A DNA stretch of 59,549 nucleotides, filler included, from Sphacelaria rigidula (taxonomy: Eukaryota), in the NCBI GenBank assembly GCA_964200075.2. It is 9 parts of 9 records of this genome, joined end to end, with 100 filler letters (N's around TTAATTAATTAA, not from the genome) between each part and the next. Parts side by side here need not be neighbours in the genome. Positions count along the whole stretch, not along the records: positions 1 to 6,528 come from CAXNAA020019533.1; positions 6,629 to 13,156 come from CAXNAA020019534.1; 7 more parts are not named here. One strand, written 5' to 3'. Below, in pieces: positions 1 through 12,186 of the stretch. The position numbers and the translations under genes are program-made. The notes under the pieces were generated by a model. It searched no databases and was not told the DNA's origin. It worked only from the letters and a program-made list of their open reading frames with translations. Positions within the stretch are counted from its first letter, which is position 1. Each line of letters opens with the position of its first letter.

Positions 1-1151
1 CACGCAAAAAACACGGTCGATCCGGCCCGCGGGAAAGATACACGGCCCGACCCTGCAGGGGGGTGTGGTAGCAAGGGGGGGGGGGGGGGGGAAGACAAAA
101 AAAATGGGCCGCCCATTCTTCTTCCCGCAGGACAGACAATAATGAGTAGGTGCGCAAAATCAGCAGAAGGTGAAGAAAACGAGCCAGTTCTGAGTGCTTC
201 GTATTCGTCGCCGCCAAGCCAGGAGTGCTTTTTTTCTTGCTTCAAATACAGTTTTCATGACGATTTAGAGCGAAGTAGTACTCAAAGAAACGGAATTCCC
301 AATCCATTTGTCGACTGGTGTTTCTTGGGAAATAGTATATACGTCGACGCGCGAGTCGAGGAGCGGCTCGAACGAAAGCTCGAAGCCGTAGGATAAATTC
401 AATGTTTACGTTCGTTGCGTTGGCCTTGTCAATCAGCAGAAATCCACAGCTCCACATCCCAGGAATGTTCGATTCATGTCTGAAACAGTGTCACTGCCGA
501 ATAGCCCTTCTAGATCTTATTCGGATTTTGTAGCATTCTAGTTTTTGCAGCTGACGCCTCTCATACTCCCGAGTAGAATATCAACGTGTACTTGAATCTA
601 TAGTACGCACACGACACTTGACCCGGCAACGACATCTGTACGTGCAAAATAAACACGAAGAGGAAAAAATTGGTGAAGCAAATATAGAGCGAATCTAAAG
701 CTCGTCTTATTCTATGTCCAATCATTTGCACTCTCATCAATCTCACGAATAAACACGCTTCAACAATAACATGCATGGCACCCCGGACAAAAGATTACAT
801 CGTCAAAGAGCGTACTACGTACAGTATAGAATCAGCTGTCTATTGCAATAGACGCAACAGTAGATACTATACGCGGTAAAGTTCTTGTCGATGTAATCTG
901 TTGTCCAGGGCGAGCTAGATATCGCGTATCGGGGGAACCCGCGCGGGGATCCCGCTCCCGAATGGGCCCTTGGATAAGGACCTAGCGGGAGCTGCAGGTG
1001 CCGCTGCCGACGCCTCCGCGCACATTGGCGGCATACCGCCGAGTTCGGCTGTGTCAGATTCAAATCCTTGTAAGTTGCCACCCTCCCAGCAGGTGACCGA
1101 GGGATGGGTGGGTGCTGGATTGTAGGAAGCAGCGGTGAAGCATTTCTAGCG

Positions 1152-1260
1152 TTAATCCTTTTAGACCGCGAGAGTAGCTCATCTGTTGAATCGATATGAA
1201 TTTCAGCCGAAAAAAAGTACGCATGCTCCAGGTGGACTACCCTTGCGGTCGAAGAGTTAA
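1152..1260. mobile_element. piggyBac-like ~100-bp MITE, diverged copy
   Basis: TTAA...AGACCGCGAGAGTAG / CTACCCTTGCGGTCGAAGAG-TTAA; same core as 35300-35397. Confidence 0.7.
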
Positions 1261-3628
1261 AGTGCACCACTGCTGCATGTATGAATGTGGCTGCTCGGCG
1301 TTCTCTCCACTTTACTACGACCACACATCTCCGCAACCCGCCGCAACCCGCGACAGAATACCTTAACATCTGCACCGGATCAGACTGTGTACTGTACTCG
1401 ACTGTACGGCAGCATATCGGTCTGCACCTCTCTATTTCTCTCACCGCACAAGTGGTCGACTGGCTTGGCCCTCCTTCCCTAACTTTCAATTCTACAAGTT
1501 TCCGCTTGGACAGCAGGTAGGGTACTGTGACGACTGGGGGGGGGGGTGCTCCCACAACCGTGGCTTCAAGGTCGTTTGTGGTCTGTGCGTTGTTCTAAAC
1601 TTCAGTTTTCCCTATTCAAGATTGCCAGGGGGCGGGAGGGCTTGCTGATGCGATGGTTGGAAGGCAGTGGATCTATCCACAGGCAGCCTCAGGTGGAGTT
1701 CAGCTTTCTTGTGGTGCGTCAGTGATAATTCGGAGGTCATCTCCGGCGCTCGCGTTTCAAAAACCTCGTGGTTGCTTGCGGCTGATGGTCCGATTTAGTC
1801 GTGCCTGATTGGCGAAAAGGGGTATCATAAAACGTGTAGACGTATCCGTTGTAGAGTCCTGCGTACACCAATGATTCCACCCGCACGGGACCTAAAGCAC
1901 AAGATGGTGGACCCGTACTCTTCTCGTTGGCGCCGCCTTATCCTCATGAGTACATGTCTCGGCACTGTAATGTTGACTTTCTTGCACCCCTCGAGGGTGC
2001 ATGGTCTGTATTTCGTTGGGGTTGTGGTCAGGGCTAGCATTCAAGGTTGAATCGGGTCCAGGCGGGTGTGATTCTCAACGATGAATGGCACGAATGACAT
2101 TTTGGAAAATGAGTATTGACAAATGGGTCTGAACAAACTTGTCGGGGACCCGTACGTCAGAGGAACAAGCGTACGTACATACCCGTCCGAGATGCGAGTT
2201 TCCGAAGTGAAATGGTAGTCCGGGTGATAGTCGGGTACGATAGCCCCGGGGCCAATGTGAAGAATATCGCGAGGGATACAACGGGGGTGGGGGTCTCAAT
2301 CAAAGGGACCGCTCCGACAAACAAAAAAGGCATGCGTACGTACGCGCTTCAGGTTAAAGGTGAGGAAATAAAACATAGATTTGATGATTCATGCAAGAAG
2401 CAAGAAAAAAAAAATGCTGTTGTTGGTGGTGACCAGTCCACGCAGGAGCCAGAATAGGCCGAGAAACACGCACGAGTAAGGATGATGTGAGTGTTGGAAA
2501 CTACAGGAGTTGTATGAGCGTATGTATAATCGGGAGGTTGATGGCCTAAATTGCCCGACGAGACCTGCGGAGAAACATATGTGCACGGGGCAAAAGCCTC
2601 TTCGCCAGTGGGTTGTGGGACGGATGAAACTCAGGGAGTCGGTCCCCCCGCCAGTATTCCGCTCCGAACCTCTACACGACCCTCTGACCACCTTAGATGC
2701 ATGTTCTCGTACGTCGAAGCGGCATCATGTACACTTTATATTGAGTTTTGGATTCAGGTCATGTTTGAACCCCAAATTTTCGTACCCCTAACGGGCAGCC
2801 TTGCGACCAATCTCCGAGGACATGTACACGCGGAGATGGTTCTGAGGTGTGTGTGGTCATGAAATGAAGACCAGCCCAGGAAATTGACACCTGTGGGTCG
2901 CGTCTCAAACCATCATCACCATTCTACCGCGAACTTCCCGCAGGTGAACTCACGCTTTATTTGAGGTTCACAGCAGCTGTGTTCTTTCAAATAAACAAAA
3001 ACGCCTCGTTTTCTCATGGGCGTGTGGATGTTGGGCATTATTATTGACAGGAACTAGTCCCGGAGAACCAACCCCTATTTGGTCTTGGGCCACAAGTCAA
3101 GTGCATGCAGGGTCAGCACGCATGCATGTCTTGGCTGAGCCGTTCTCACTTTTCGTGCCATCGGGTGCATAATTTCATTATTTGCAAGTGGCGCACGCTG
3201 GCAGCCGCCGCCACCACTGCGACATATGCATACAACATACATCCTCTCCTCCTATTCATGCGTCCGCAGCAGCCCCGGTACTTTCGGGACAAAGCTGGCA
3301 CACCTCGGCAGTAATAGAGTTTACCGCTTGGTATTTACTTGATTCTAGTATGGACACGAATCCGGATCTTTAATGGGAGTGTGCTGTGCTCCTAGCGTGT
3401 GCAGAACGCGTTTTCGTCTGCTGTACATCGGCGCCTGGGGCGCGGAGTCGAGGTCTGGCAACGCAAACTTTGCGGAAAAAAGTACATCTCCACTTGTTGG
3501 GGGTATTTTAAATCCACCCACACCTTTTGTTATGATCGATGTTGGGCCATTTTTTTCTATTCAAGATCTCACGTCTTTCGAATCTGAGAGCGTTATGGCT
3601 GTTTCTTAAAGTACAGCCTCTACTTGTA

Positions 3629-4136
3629 CGAGGTGGGCCAGCCAAGAGTAGGTGTGAATCACGCTCAGGCGACGCACGGCGCGGTACCAGGAGTTGGACG
3701 CTGAAATTTTGACAGCAGCTTTTTATGATCGAAATGCAGAAGATCACGTGATCAGCAAAGGAAAAAATAAGGAAGTTATGGGCATTTGAAATTGTAGCAA
3801 AAACAAGATAATGACATACGTCCAGGCGAAAAACGAGAATCTGCAGCTGGACTCGTGAAGTATCAGTTCCTTGGGTGCAGATGGTCTTCCTGAAATTTCA
3901 GATCAAGAGTCCTCGAATTGGGCCGTGCGTTCAACATTTTCCGTGACGCTGCTGCACCCCTATAAATCAAGTGATGGGAGACTCCGATTATCGAGGTCAT
4001 GAGTTCGAATCCCGACAGCTCCTCTTTTTTTTTCGTCTGTAGTAAAGGTCATACATTATGCAGTACATTTTTTCCCTTCATTCAGCGGCGGTGCCGTGTG
4101 AGCAAGTGTTAGTAGCTTTTAAGCTGGCCCAGCTCG
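3629..4136. mobile_element. Tc1/mariner-type non-autonomous element (TA TSD)
   Basis: TA|CGAGGTGGGCCAGC ... GCTGGCCCAGCTCG|TA. A relative lies at 29621-30527. Confidence 0.75.
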
Positions 4137-4601
4137 TACGGTGATGGACGATACAATCGCACTACCAACACCCGATCATCGAAATCGAGGATGGAGCTTT
4201 TCATTGAGGATGCGAAACCTCTGTATCCACACCAAATCTTCAAAATATGGTTCCATCCCTTCTCCTACTGGTAGCTATTGACAACTATTATACTACACGC
4301 CATACGGATATGTATTTCGATAACCGAAATGTTGGGGCCCTAGGTGAAAACCTTCTGGGGGAATTTCGGCGATCCGATCGTATCCCCCAAATTCCCCAAG
4401 ATTATTTCTTCACCTAGGACCCCAACATTTCCGTTATCACGATCAACATTTGCAAGGCGTGTAGTAGTTGTCAATAGCCACCGGTAGGTGAGCGAGTGGA
4501 ACCATATTTCGAAGATTTGGTGTGGATACGAAGATTTCAATCCTCCGGGTTCTCATCCTCAATGAAAAGCTCCATTCTCAATTTCGATGATCGGCTGTTT
4601 A

Positions 4602-5926
4602 CTTTGTAAACACTACTGTATACTTTCCTGCACCGCCATGGTGCTGTACTATACTATTGCACTGACCACCGTTCGAGCCGTCAATCTGCATCTTATTAAC
4701 CAGCTGCACTGTGCACGAGCTACCGCAATTTTTTCTGGGGCTTGTCCCTCAAGTCTGTGTGCCAGTCTGTGTGTCATGTCCTATGCATCTATATGTACCA
4801 TAGACGAAGTCTCCCTGAACCGCACTGTAATGCATGAGAGGACCGCGTGCTTAGGGGACCGGATCGTAGTTTCAAACACCTCAGGGTCGACCGTTTTGAA
4901 AATAAACCGGGCCAGTCCCTGCAGGGACCACGCCCCTGACCCTAACCCCGACACTAACTCTAACCCTACCCTAACCATGGGGATGTTCAAATTCCGATGC
5001 GGTCCTCCAAGGACGCGGCCCTCTCACGCACTACACGTACAGCCAGGACAGTGTAAAACCACAGGCAAAACCGACAACACCGCCGCGAAATGCGAAGCTG
5101 CCTCCCGACCCGCCTACAAATGACGGTATACCTCGTACTGCATTTGCAAAGTACAGCCTGTACTCGTACCGTAGTACAGTAGTTGCTTTGTACATACTAC
5201 TGAATCCTGCAGCACACTGGCGGTACACTGCACTGCTGTTGTACTGACCACCGTTTCATCCGTTAAGTTTGCATCGTCACTGGTTGCACTGCGTGTACCA
5301 GTACCGTGGACTGTTTGTTAACCCTGTATACTGACTGTGGATCCGTCTCGCTGTGTACTGTAATGGTACTGTACCCATCATCTCAGAAGAAGGAAATGCT
5401 CCCGTGTACGGTACTACCGTGTGATGATAAACCGCAGTGAGTTATTTCCCTTGTATACTGGTAGCTAGGTTGACTTTGACAGGAACGGTGGTGAGCGCAA
5501 CAACACACAGTGCAGTCAGTGCACTACCAGCGTGGTGCACGATACAGTAGCGTAGTAATTACAAAGCAACTACTGTACTACGGTATGAGTACAGGCTGTA
5601 CTTTGCAAACGCAGTACGAGGTATACCGTCATTTGTAGGTGGGTCGGGAGGCAGCCTCTCATTTCGCGGCGGTGTTGTCGGTTCTGTTTGTGGTTCTACA
5701 CCGTGGAGGGTTCAAGGAGACGTCGTCTATGGTACATGAAGATGCGAAGGACATGACACACAGACTGGCACACAGACTGAAGGGACAAGCCCCCAAAAAA
5801 ATTGCGGCAGCTCATACAGTACAGCTGGTTGATAAGATGCAGGTTGACGGCTCGAACGGTGGTCAGTGCAACAGTACAGTACAGCACCCAGGCGGTGCAG
5901 CAGAGTGTAAAGTAGTGTTTACAAAG
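4602..5926. mobile_element. Foldback-type element with ~370-bp TIRs and TA TSD
   Basis: TA|CTTTGTAAACACTAC ... GTAGTGTTTACAAAG|TA. 4602-4820 pairs with 5710-5926, and 5050-5192 pairs with 5560-5702. Confidence 0.85.
4826..5035. mobile_element. 210-bp TGT...ACA MITE with degenerate CCCTAA repeats
   Basis: ~40-bp TIRs TGTAATGCATGAGAGGACCGCG / CGCGGCCCTCTCACGCACTACA; flanks CGCAC / CGTAC (5-bp TSD, one mismatch). Absent from the opposite arm of the host element. Confidence 0.75.
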
Positions 5927-6075
5927 TAGTGCGACTGTACTCTCCACCACCGTACAAGTAGAGGATGTACTTTCGCAAACACCCGTAACGCTCTCAAATT
6001 CGAAAGACGTGGACTCTCGAATTGAAAAAAAATGGCTCAACATCGGTCACGATGAAAAGGTGTGGGTGGATTTTC

Positions 6076-6450
6076 CACACGTCGGACGAGCACGAGTATG
6101 ACTCGTGGCACTCGCACTCGTTGGGCTGCTCGTTCGTTGTAAAAATGAATAGGGCGAGTACTCGAGTCATTGCTCGTTGTGAAAAAAATTAATTGGACGA
6201 GCACTCGAGTCATTGCTCGTTATGAAAAAAAACGCGAGTACTCGAGTCATTACTCGTGGTGGAGAAGTAAATGACTCGAACACACGACTCATCGCTCGCG
6301 ATGAACGACTTGAGTGGAGTAGTCAGCAATCCGACGAGCAAATAATTTCAGTGAGCTCTTCGACGATCTTGAATGTAGAATCTCAAGTTGATATGCATAT
6401 CTGCACATGCACAAGCATCCAGCTCCCCAGCTCGTTTTCATTTTATTCGA
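6076..6450 (+). mobile_element. Left end of a CAC-terminal non-autonomous DNA transposon with CTCGAG-rich subterminal repeats
   Basis: Starts CACACGTCGGACGAG. 6290-6420 matches 33230-33360. Confidence 0.65.
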
Positions 6451-6528
6451 GAAGCCCCTCCCCCCCCCCCCCCCCCCACAACACCCCGAGACCACAAAAA
6501 AACAACCCCCACCCCAGCCAACAGAGCC

Positions 6529-6628
6529 NNNNNNNNNNNNNNNNNNNNNNNNNNNNNNNNNNNNNNNNNNNNTTAATTAATTAANNNNNNNNNNNNNNNN
6601 NNNNNNNNNNNNNNNNNNNNNNNNNNNN
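6529..6628. other. Artificial 100-bp contig-join spacer (N44-TTAATTAATTAA-N44); identical spacers at 13157-13256, 19785-19884, 26413-26512, 33041-33140, 39669-39768, 46296-46395, 52923-53022
   Basis: Eight identical spacers carry stop codons in all six frames. The intervening segments are 6528 bp (x6) then 6527 bp (x3), as expected for length-sorted concatenated contigs. Confidence 0.97.
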
Positions 6629-6639
6629 CTAGAGGGATT

Positions 6640-6934
6640 TACCGGAAGATCGCGATTTGTTGAGTCGGCATCATTTTTACTCTAAAAATAATGCATAATC
6701 CAGATGGACTACCATCACGGTGTGAGGGTTAACCTTAGACCGCGAACGTAGTCCATCTGGACTACACGTTTTTTTTTTAGGTGAAATTGATGCCGATTAA
6801 CAGATGACCTGTCCTCGCTGTCCAAGGGTTAACCCTTAGACAGCGAGAGTAGGTCACCTGTAAAATCGGCATCAATTTCACTTGGAAAAAGTATAGATGA
6901 TTCAGGTGGACTACCCTCGCGGTTTAGAGGTTAA
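6640..6934. mobile_element. Three adjacent piggyBac-like MITEs sharing TTAA junctions
   Basis: GGTTAACC junctions at ~6729, ~6829 and ~6931; orientation alternates. Confidence 0.75.
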
Positions 6935-7189
6935 CCCTCAGCGACCCCGCAGGTGGACTGAAATGGACTACGAGTTTGCCACACCTGGGCTTCAGAACAG
7001 CTCTTTTCTCACTACACAAAAACACTTTCGCTCATAATCACATGGATGCTGGGCATCTATATAGAAAATAGTGCCGGGGAACTCCTGACCCGTTTTGACC
7101 GTGCCGTCAATAGAGTACAGAGTCAGTACGCGTGCGGTATATCTCCGCTGGATACAACGGCAAGAAAGAGTCAGCGTGCCATCGCCTTC

Positions 7190-7500
7190 CACTGGGTCGT
7201 GGGTTCAAATCTCGGAGCGATCTGGAATTTTTCTCACACAATACCCAAAAGTGGAGAGCGACGATGTCATGGGTACACAAAACTCAACTTAACGATCGAC
7301 GAGGGAAAGGGACTGCTGAACCCCTCTCGCGATAAAAAATGAAACGCAGGCACCGCAGAACGAAGGTGGGGAACTATCACAAACAAAAACGAAAAACCTC
7401 CTGTGTTGGCCTTTCTCCTGCGTGACCCCGGATGGTGCGCCCACGTACACCGAAAGATGTAGACCGGCGCTCAGAAAAGATGGGATGACAACACACGCAC
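7190..7500 (+). mobile_element. tRNA-derived SINE family 1, 5'-truncated copy
   Basis: Colinear with 30770-31075; B-box-like GGTTCAAATC. Confidence 0.7.
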
Positions 7501-7528
7501 ACACAGAGTGTCGATGCTGGTGTAGCCC

Positions 7529-8438
7529 TTAACCCCTAGACCGCGCGATTAGTCTTTCTGGATCATGCATACTTTTTTCCCCTTGAAATTGATGCCGATT
7601 CGACAGAAGACAAACCTCGCGGTCTAAGGGTTAACCCTTAGACCGCGAGATGAGTCTTTCTGGATCATGCATACTTTTTTTCACTCGAAATTGATGCCGA
7701 TTCGACAGAAGACTAACCTCGCGGTCTAAGGGTTAATCCTTTGAGCGCGAGGGTAGGTCACCTGCTGAATAGGCATCAATATTCACTTGAGAAAAGTATG
7801 CATGATGCAGATGGACTACCCGCACAGCGGCCCTTTAACCCTCAGACCGCGGGGTTAGTCTTCTGTTGAATCGGCATCAATAAAAAATAAAAAAAAGGGT
7901 GCATGATCCAGAAAGACTCATCTCGCGGTCTCAGGGTTTACCCTTACACGGCGAGAGTAGGTCATCTGTTAAATCGGCATCAATTTCACTTGTCAGAAGT
8001 ATGCATGATGCATATGGACTACCCTCGTCGCGGTCCAAGAGTTAATCGCGAGGGTAGGTCATATGCTGAATCGGCACCAATTTCACTTGAAAAAGTATGC
8101 GTGATCCAGGTGGACTACCCGCATCGCGGTCCAAGGGTTAACCCTCAGAGAGCAAGAGTAGATCATCTATTGAATCGTCATCAATTCCACTTGGAAAAGT
8201 ATGCGTGATCCAGATGGACTACCCTCCTCGCGGCCCCTTTTGGGACCTTCTACCTCATAATCGTGTGTGAACGGCAGGTAACAACGTTTTCGTGACATTG
8301 AGAGTAGGCGGGCGTTGATTGCGGTCCAAGGGTTGACCCTTATACGGCAAAAGTAGGTCACCTGTTGAATCGGCATCAGTTCCACTTGAAAAGTATGCGT
8401 GATCCAGATGGAGTACCCTCCTCGCAGTCTAATGGTTA
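7529..8438. mobile_element. Tandem array of ~8 piggyBac-like MITEs
   Basis: ~98-bp units CCCTTAGACCGCG...CGCGGTCTAAGGG, separated by single TTAA or decayed TTAA (7529, 7631, 7733, 7835, ~7938, 8042, 8138, ~8333). Confidence 0.85.
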
Positions 8439-8439
8439 T

Positions 8440-8645
8440 TCTTTTGGGACCTTCTACCCCACGATCGTGTGTTAGCGGCAGGTAACAATGTTTTCGTGAG
8501 ATTGAGAGTTGGGCGTTGATAGAGAGTGGGTTCTACCATTCGCTGCCAATTCTTCACTTCGCGAGTGCTTTTCTTCGCCTGCATCACTGGCGTGTGCTTA
8601 CAGCTACACGTCGATATCCTACTCAGGGATATCAAGGGCTTGAGA
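8440..8645. repeat. Dispersed repeat; inverted copy at ~39840-40030, partial copy at 8238-8320
   Basis: TCGATATCCTACTCAGGGATATCAAGGG and its flanks are shared. Confidence 0.6.
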
Positions 8646-9957
8646 CCATCGTTTTTCATGGCACACCAATCTCGATTATTTTTAACATCGAGGGAAAAAA
8701 ATAGGGGATGACCGCACCTTCTGGACCAAATCGGGGGAGAAAAGATCGGGGTGTCGCGATATCAGAATGATTTCTCCCGATTAAAAAAAAAAAACGAAGA
8801 TCATTCCGAGATCGTCACTCCTCCCGATTTTGAGGAGGTGACGTACGTGCATTGACGTACAATGGTAGGGTAGGAGGCGTTTGATACTTTCGCAATCGCA
8901 GCAGAAGACAGTCTCGTGACAGCGCAGGGCGTGCCTGCCCGCACCAGCTGCTGAAGTGCACGGCGTTTGACAAATGTATAATAAGTGCTGACGCCGTACC
9001 CTGCGGCGATGGTAATATTTGATGCTGCGCTGCGCTGCCACACGTACCACTATTATAACAAACGATACTGTACTCTCCTTGTCTGTTGTCGCTGTACTTG
9101 AGGAGTGATGTATGGCACTGCACTACTGAACTCTGCTCGCGCAGTCTTTGTTCACTTTTCTCGTAATACCGACTGTGTCGTCATGTACTACCACACGGCA
9201 TTGCCATGCACTGTAATGATGGAGTGTCCTGCACTGTATTTTCCCTACGGTAACAAGGTACGACATTGTACTCGAAGGATTAGTCACCGCCTGCCTGCTC
9301 GTCGGCTTCATGGACGAGTACGCAGTATCACACTCATCATGCAGAAAATGACCGTTTGTGTACAGAACTGTTTCGCAAATCTGTGATACTGTCTGCACCA
9401 TAAAACGGTCCCCCCGATTTCGAGTTTGCGAATTTCAAGTCTAAAAAAATCAAGATTCGTTGCCATAAGAGTGGCAAGCTACTCCAGAAAGCATCTCGGG
9501 CCTCGTGGAGGGGCATTTCGGAACTGCAACTTTTCGGTCGAGTTTTGTCGATGTTTGAAGGTTGAAACGAGTTCATTCTGCGCGGATATCCCAGACGGAG
9601 GAACGGTGGAGATTCACGATCAAGTGTTGCTTCTTCAGCATTAGTGTCTTCAGCCTCCTTTCGATTCTTAATTCGTTTGGGTTTTATAGTTCGAAGGTTG
9701 AAATGAGTTCATTTTACGTTGATATCTCAGTCGGAGACTGGGTGGAGCTGCACGGCTATATTTTTCGTTGTGCAAGATCAGCGCCTTTTGCCCCGGTTCG
9801 ATTCTTTTTCGGTCGGATTTTATCGTAGTCGATGATGTTTGAAAGTAAAAAAAGACAAAAAAGGAGAATATCTTCATGTCGAAAGAGTCATCTCTCAATC
9901 ATATCCTCGCCTCTAAGCACTCCTGTTTGTGGGCGACGGCTGATGCCCATCTCATCA

Positions 9958-10064
9958 ACCCCCTAGACCGCAATGTAGGTAGCCCATCTTGATCACGCAT
10001 AATTTTTTCAAGTGATCATTGATGCCGACTCAGCAGGTGACCTACCCTCGCGGCCAAGGGTTAA
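9958..10064. mobile_element. piggyBac-like MITE copy
   Basis: CCCCCTAGACCGC ... CTCGCGGCCAAGGG|TTAA with the family core. Confidence 0.7.
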
Positions 10065-10766
10065 CCTTCGCCTTGGCAATCGCTCCATTGAGCGGTGGCG
10101 CGAAGCGCCCAAAACCTTGTACAATATGTAGGACTTACATGTCGGCTCATTTTCGAGTCCTGCAGACAGGTGCACTTTTGCTGTATTCTTCACTTGATTT
10201 TAAAGCACATATCTACCGGGGCCAGTTTGTTCCATGAACCTCTAAGAAACCAGCATTTCTTCTTTGCTGGATTTAAGAGTACAATTTCCCGCTGATTATA
10301 CGTATCAGCCTCTTCGGTTGTATTTCGCTGGGCATTAGGGTGCGTTCCCGTTCTGCTTAGGTTTACAGTGCATGCACTTTCCGCGCTGTGTTTCTTCATG
10401 GCATTTTGATGTTTGATGCATTTCCTCGTTGGACGGTGGACCCTTTGACCGCCGGAGATGCCACTTTTCACCTTACACAGGCTCCACATTCATTCGTCGA
10501 ACCGGTATCGTTTTCACTTGAAAATTGAATCGGCATCATGCTCAGTTGGGTCGGCTGTGCGGAACGACGCTCTGTTCAATCTCGGGGCACACCAGGATCA
10601 TGTTGCGATCTTGCCCGCATGTCGCATCGTCTCGACTGTACTCTCCTTTTACTGTATCTGAACTGCTATTGTAGCTGCTGCTACTGCTCTACCGTACATG
10701 CGATTATTTTACAATGAGACGCTAAAAACAACGGCTTCTATTTCAGATTTGAATCGGCAGCTAGTT

Positions 10767-10915
10767 GCCGCGGCGGCTCAGTTCGTAACCTGTAAACCTT
10801 CTGACGGTTGGATCGTTGGTTCGAATCTCAGTGCAGTCACACGATCTGGGATTTTATCTCATACCATGCCCAACAATGGAGAGCGACTATGCCGTTGGGG
10901 TAGATGAAAGTCGAC
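10767..10915 (+). mobile_element. tRNA-derived SINE family 1, 5' part
   Basis: GGCTCAGTTCGTAACC...GGTTCGAATCTC matches 30729-30860. Confidence 0.65.
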
Positions 10916-11959
10916 AACCTATGTTTTTTTGGGTTGCCGGGGCAAGGAGATCCCCGCGTTCGATCAAGCTGTGCTTTCGGTTCGCGGGGGAAATGAGTTC
11001 CCCGCATTCACCTCTGATTGTGATGGACTGTTCGTCATGTGTCAAGCCTTCGCGTGAGCCTCTTATCATCGGGACACCCATGTTGTTGCTCTTCTGGCTA
11101 GAAACGAGGCAAATATTTTCATTTTTGGAATCGGCATCATGATCAATTGAGAACGATATGAAACAGCAGCGTGCCGTCCTTCTCCACTGAACGCTCGAGG
11201 CGGAGGTAAAAGCAAAACGTTCTTTTTCGAGTTTGAATCGGCATCAGCTCAACGGGTGCTGACCCTTTTTCTTTGTGGTGGACGCGCATCTCGCCCAAAT
11301 CATCGTCTCTCATGGAATTCTGAAAAATTTTGCCCAAGGCCTCGAACAACGTGCTCAGCTCATGAGCTATTAATAGCTGCTACTACGGCTTTGACAAACT
11401 GTGCCATGTACCATTACTGAATGGACATGAATATCAGCACCAGTGCCCATGTATCTTGGCTGTCGATCTACTGAGCGTGGCGGCGATAGCCGCCAAAACT
11501 CTTGTATCTATATGCATTTACCCTCGCGTTTTATTTTCAACACCACATTCTCAAGTGCAACTCTCAGAATTGAGGTGATGATTTGCCTGCGACCTGCAGA
11601 TCCGCTTCTAACCTGGCCCATCTCGTGTCCACGTGTAGGTGGGAAGGAGACCGAGCCACCTACATACCGTGGCGTTCGCCAGGGCTTCATGCTCGTCATG
11701 CTATCGATCAGCACTTCGTCAAACACACGAACCACAGTGATACAGTGACGTAAGTTCTGCAAATAGGAGGGACTCAAGCATGGTGTGGCCATTCCGGGCT
11801 GGCGACCCACAGCACTATGCCGGTATTCTACATTGTTCTGGGATAGTGCGTCAAGCTCAACGGACCTGCCCACGACGTGCGGTGTAGCTCCAGGAATCGT
11901 CATGTTTCAAGGTGCTGTTTCTACGTGTCCACAATGGGAGGATGACCGCACGCACCCAC

Positions 11960-12186
11960 CTTGCTGTTGGGTAACCATTCTCTGCAATGCTCAGGAGCCA
12001 CGCCGAATCCCATCGGGTAAAGGCCGCCAGGGGGCCACCTACTCCTGGTCCGGCCGGAACCGGGTAATCTGCCGGGCGGTAAAGATGCACTCCGCCGGCG
12101 CCGTGGGTCGGTAGCAGGTCGCTGGCCAAGGCCATCAAAGCCAAAAGAGCGATTCTTGAGGCTATCGCAACGAACACGACATTCAT
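11960..12186 (-). CDS. PIGV: GPI mannosyltransferase II (PIG-V/Gpi18), first coding exon; partial gene
   Basis: ATG at 12186. Hydrophobic N-terminal segment with 'SR', then FTRWDSAWLLSIAENGY, matching the PIG-V RWD-x3-(F/L)L-x-IAE-x-GY motif. Donor AAG|GTGGGT after 11960. Later exons were not confidently found. Confidence 0.85.

Larger units (their letters stand above)
4139..5952. mobile_element. Fully palindromic TA-flanked MITE (~0.49 kb without its insert), right arm interrupted at 4602-5926
   Basis: TA|CGGTGATGG ... CCACCACCG|TA. 4160-4370 is the approximate reverse complement of 4385-4600, and the arm resumes (TAGTGCGACTGTAC) at 5927. Confidence 0.8.
3509..6073. mobile_element. Outer palindromic (foldback) element split at its central TA by nested insertions; arms ~3509-3626 and ~5955-6073
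   Basis: AAATCCACCCACACCTTTT...GTACAGCCTCTACTTG|TA is the near reverse complement of TA|CAAGTAGAGGATGTAC...AAAAGGTGTGGGTGGATTT. Confidence 0.8.

Noticed and set aside
6573..6584. TTAATTAATTAA as a biological motif or piggyBac site
   Set aside because: It is identical in all eight N-gaps and is an artificial linker. ORFs running into X are artefacts.
11508..11903. Candidate second PIG-V exon
   Set aside because: The best acceptor (TTTGCAG, ~11758) gives an in-frame stop, and the expected AFFP-like motif was not found.
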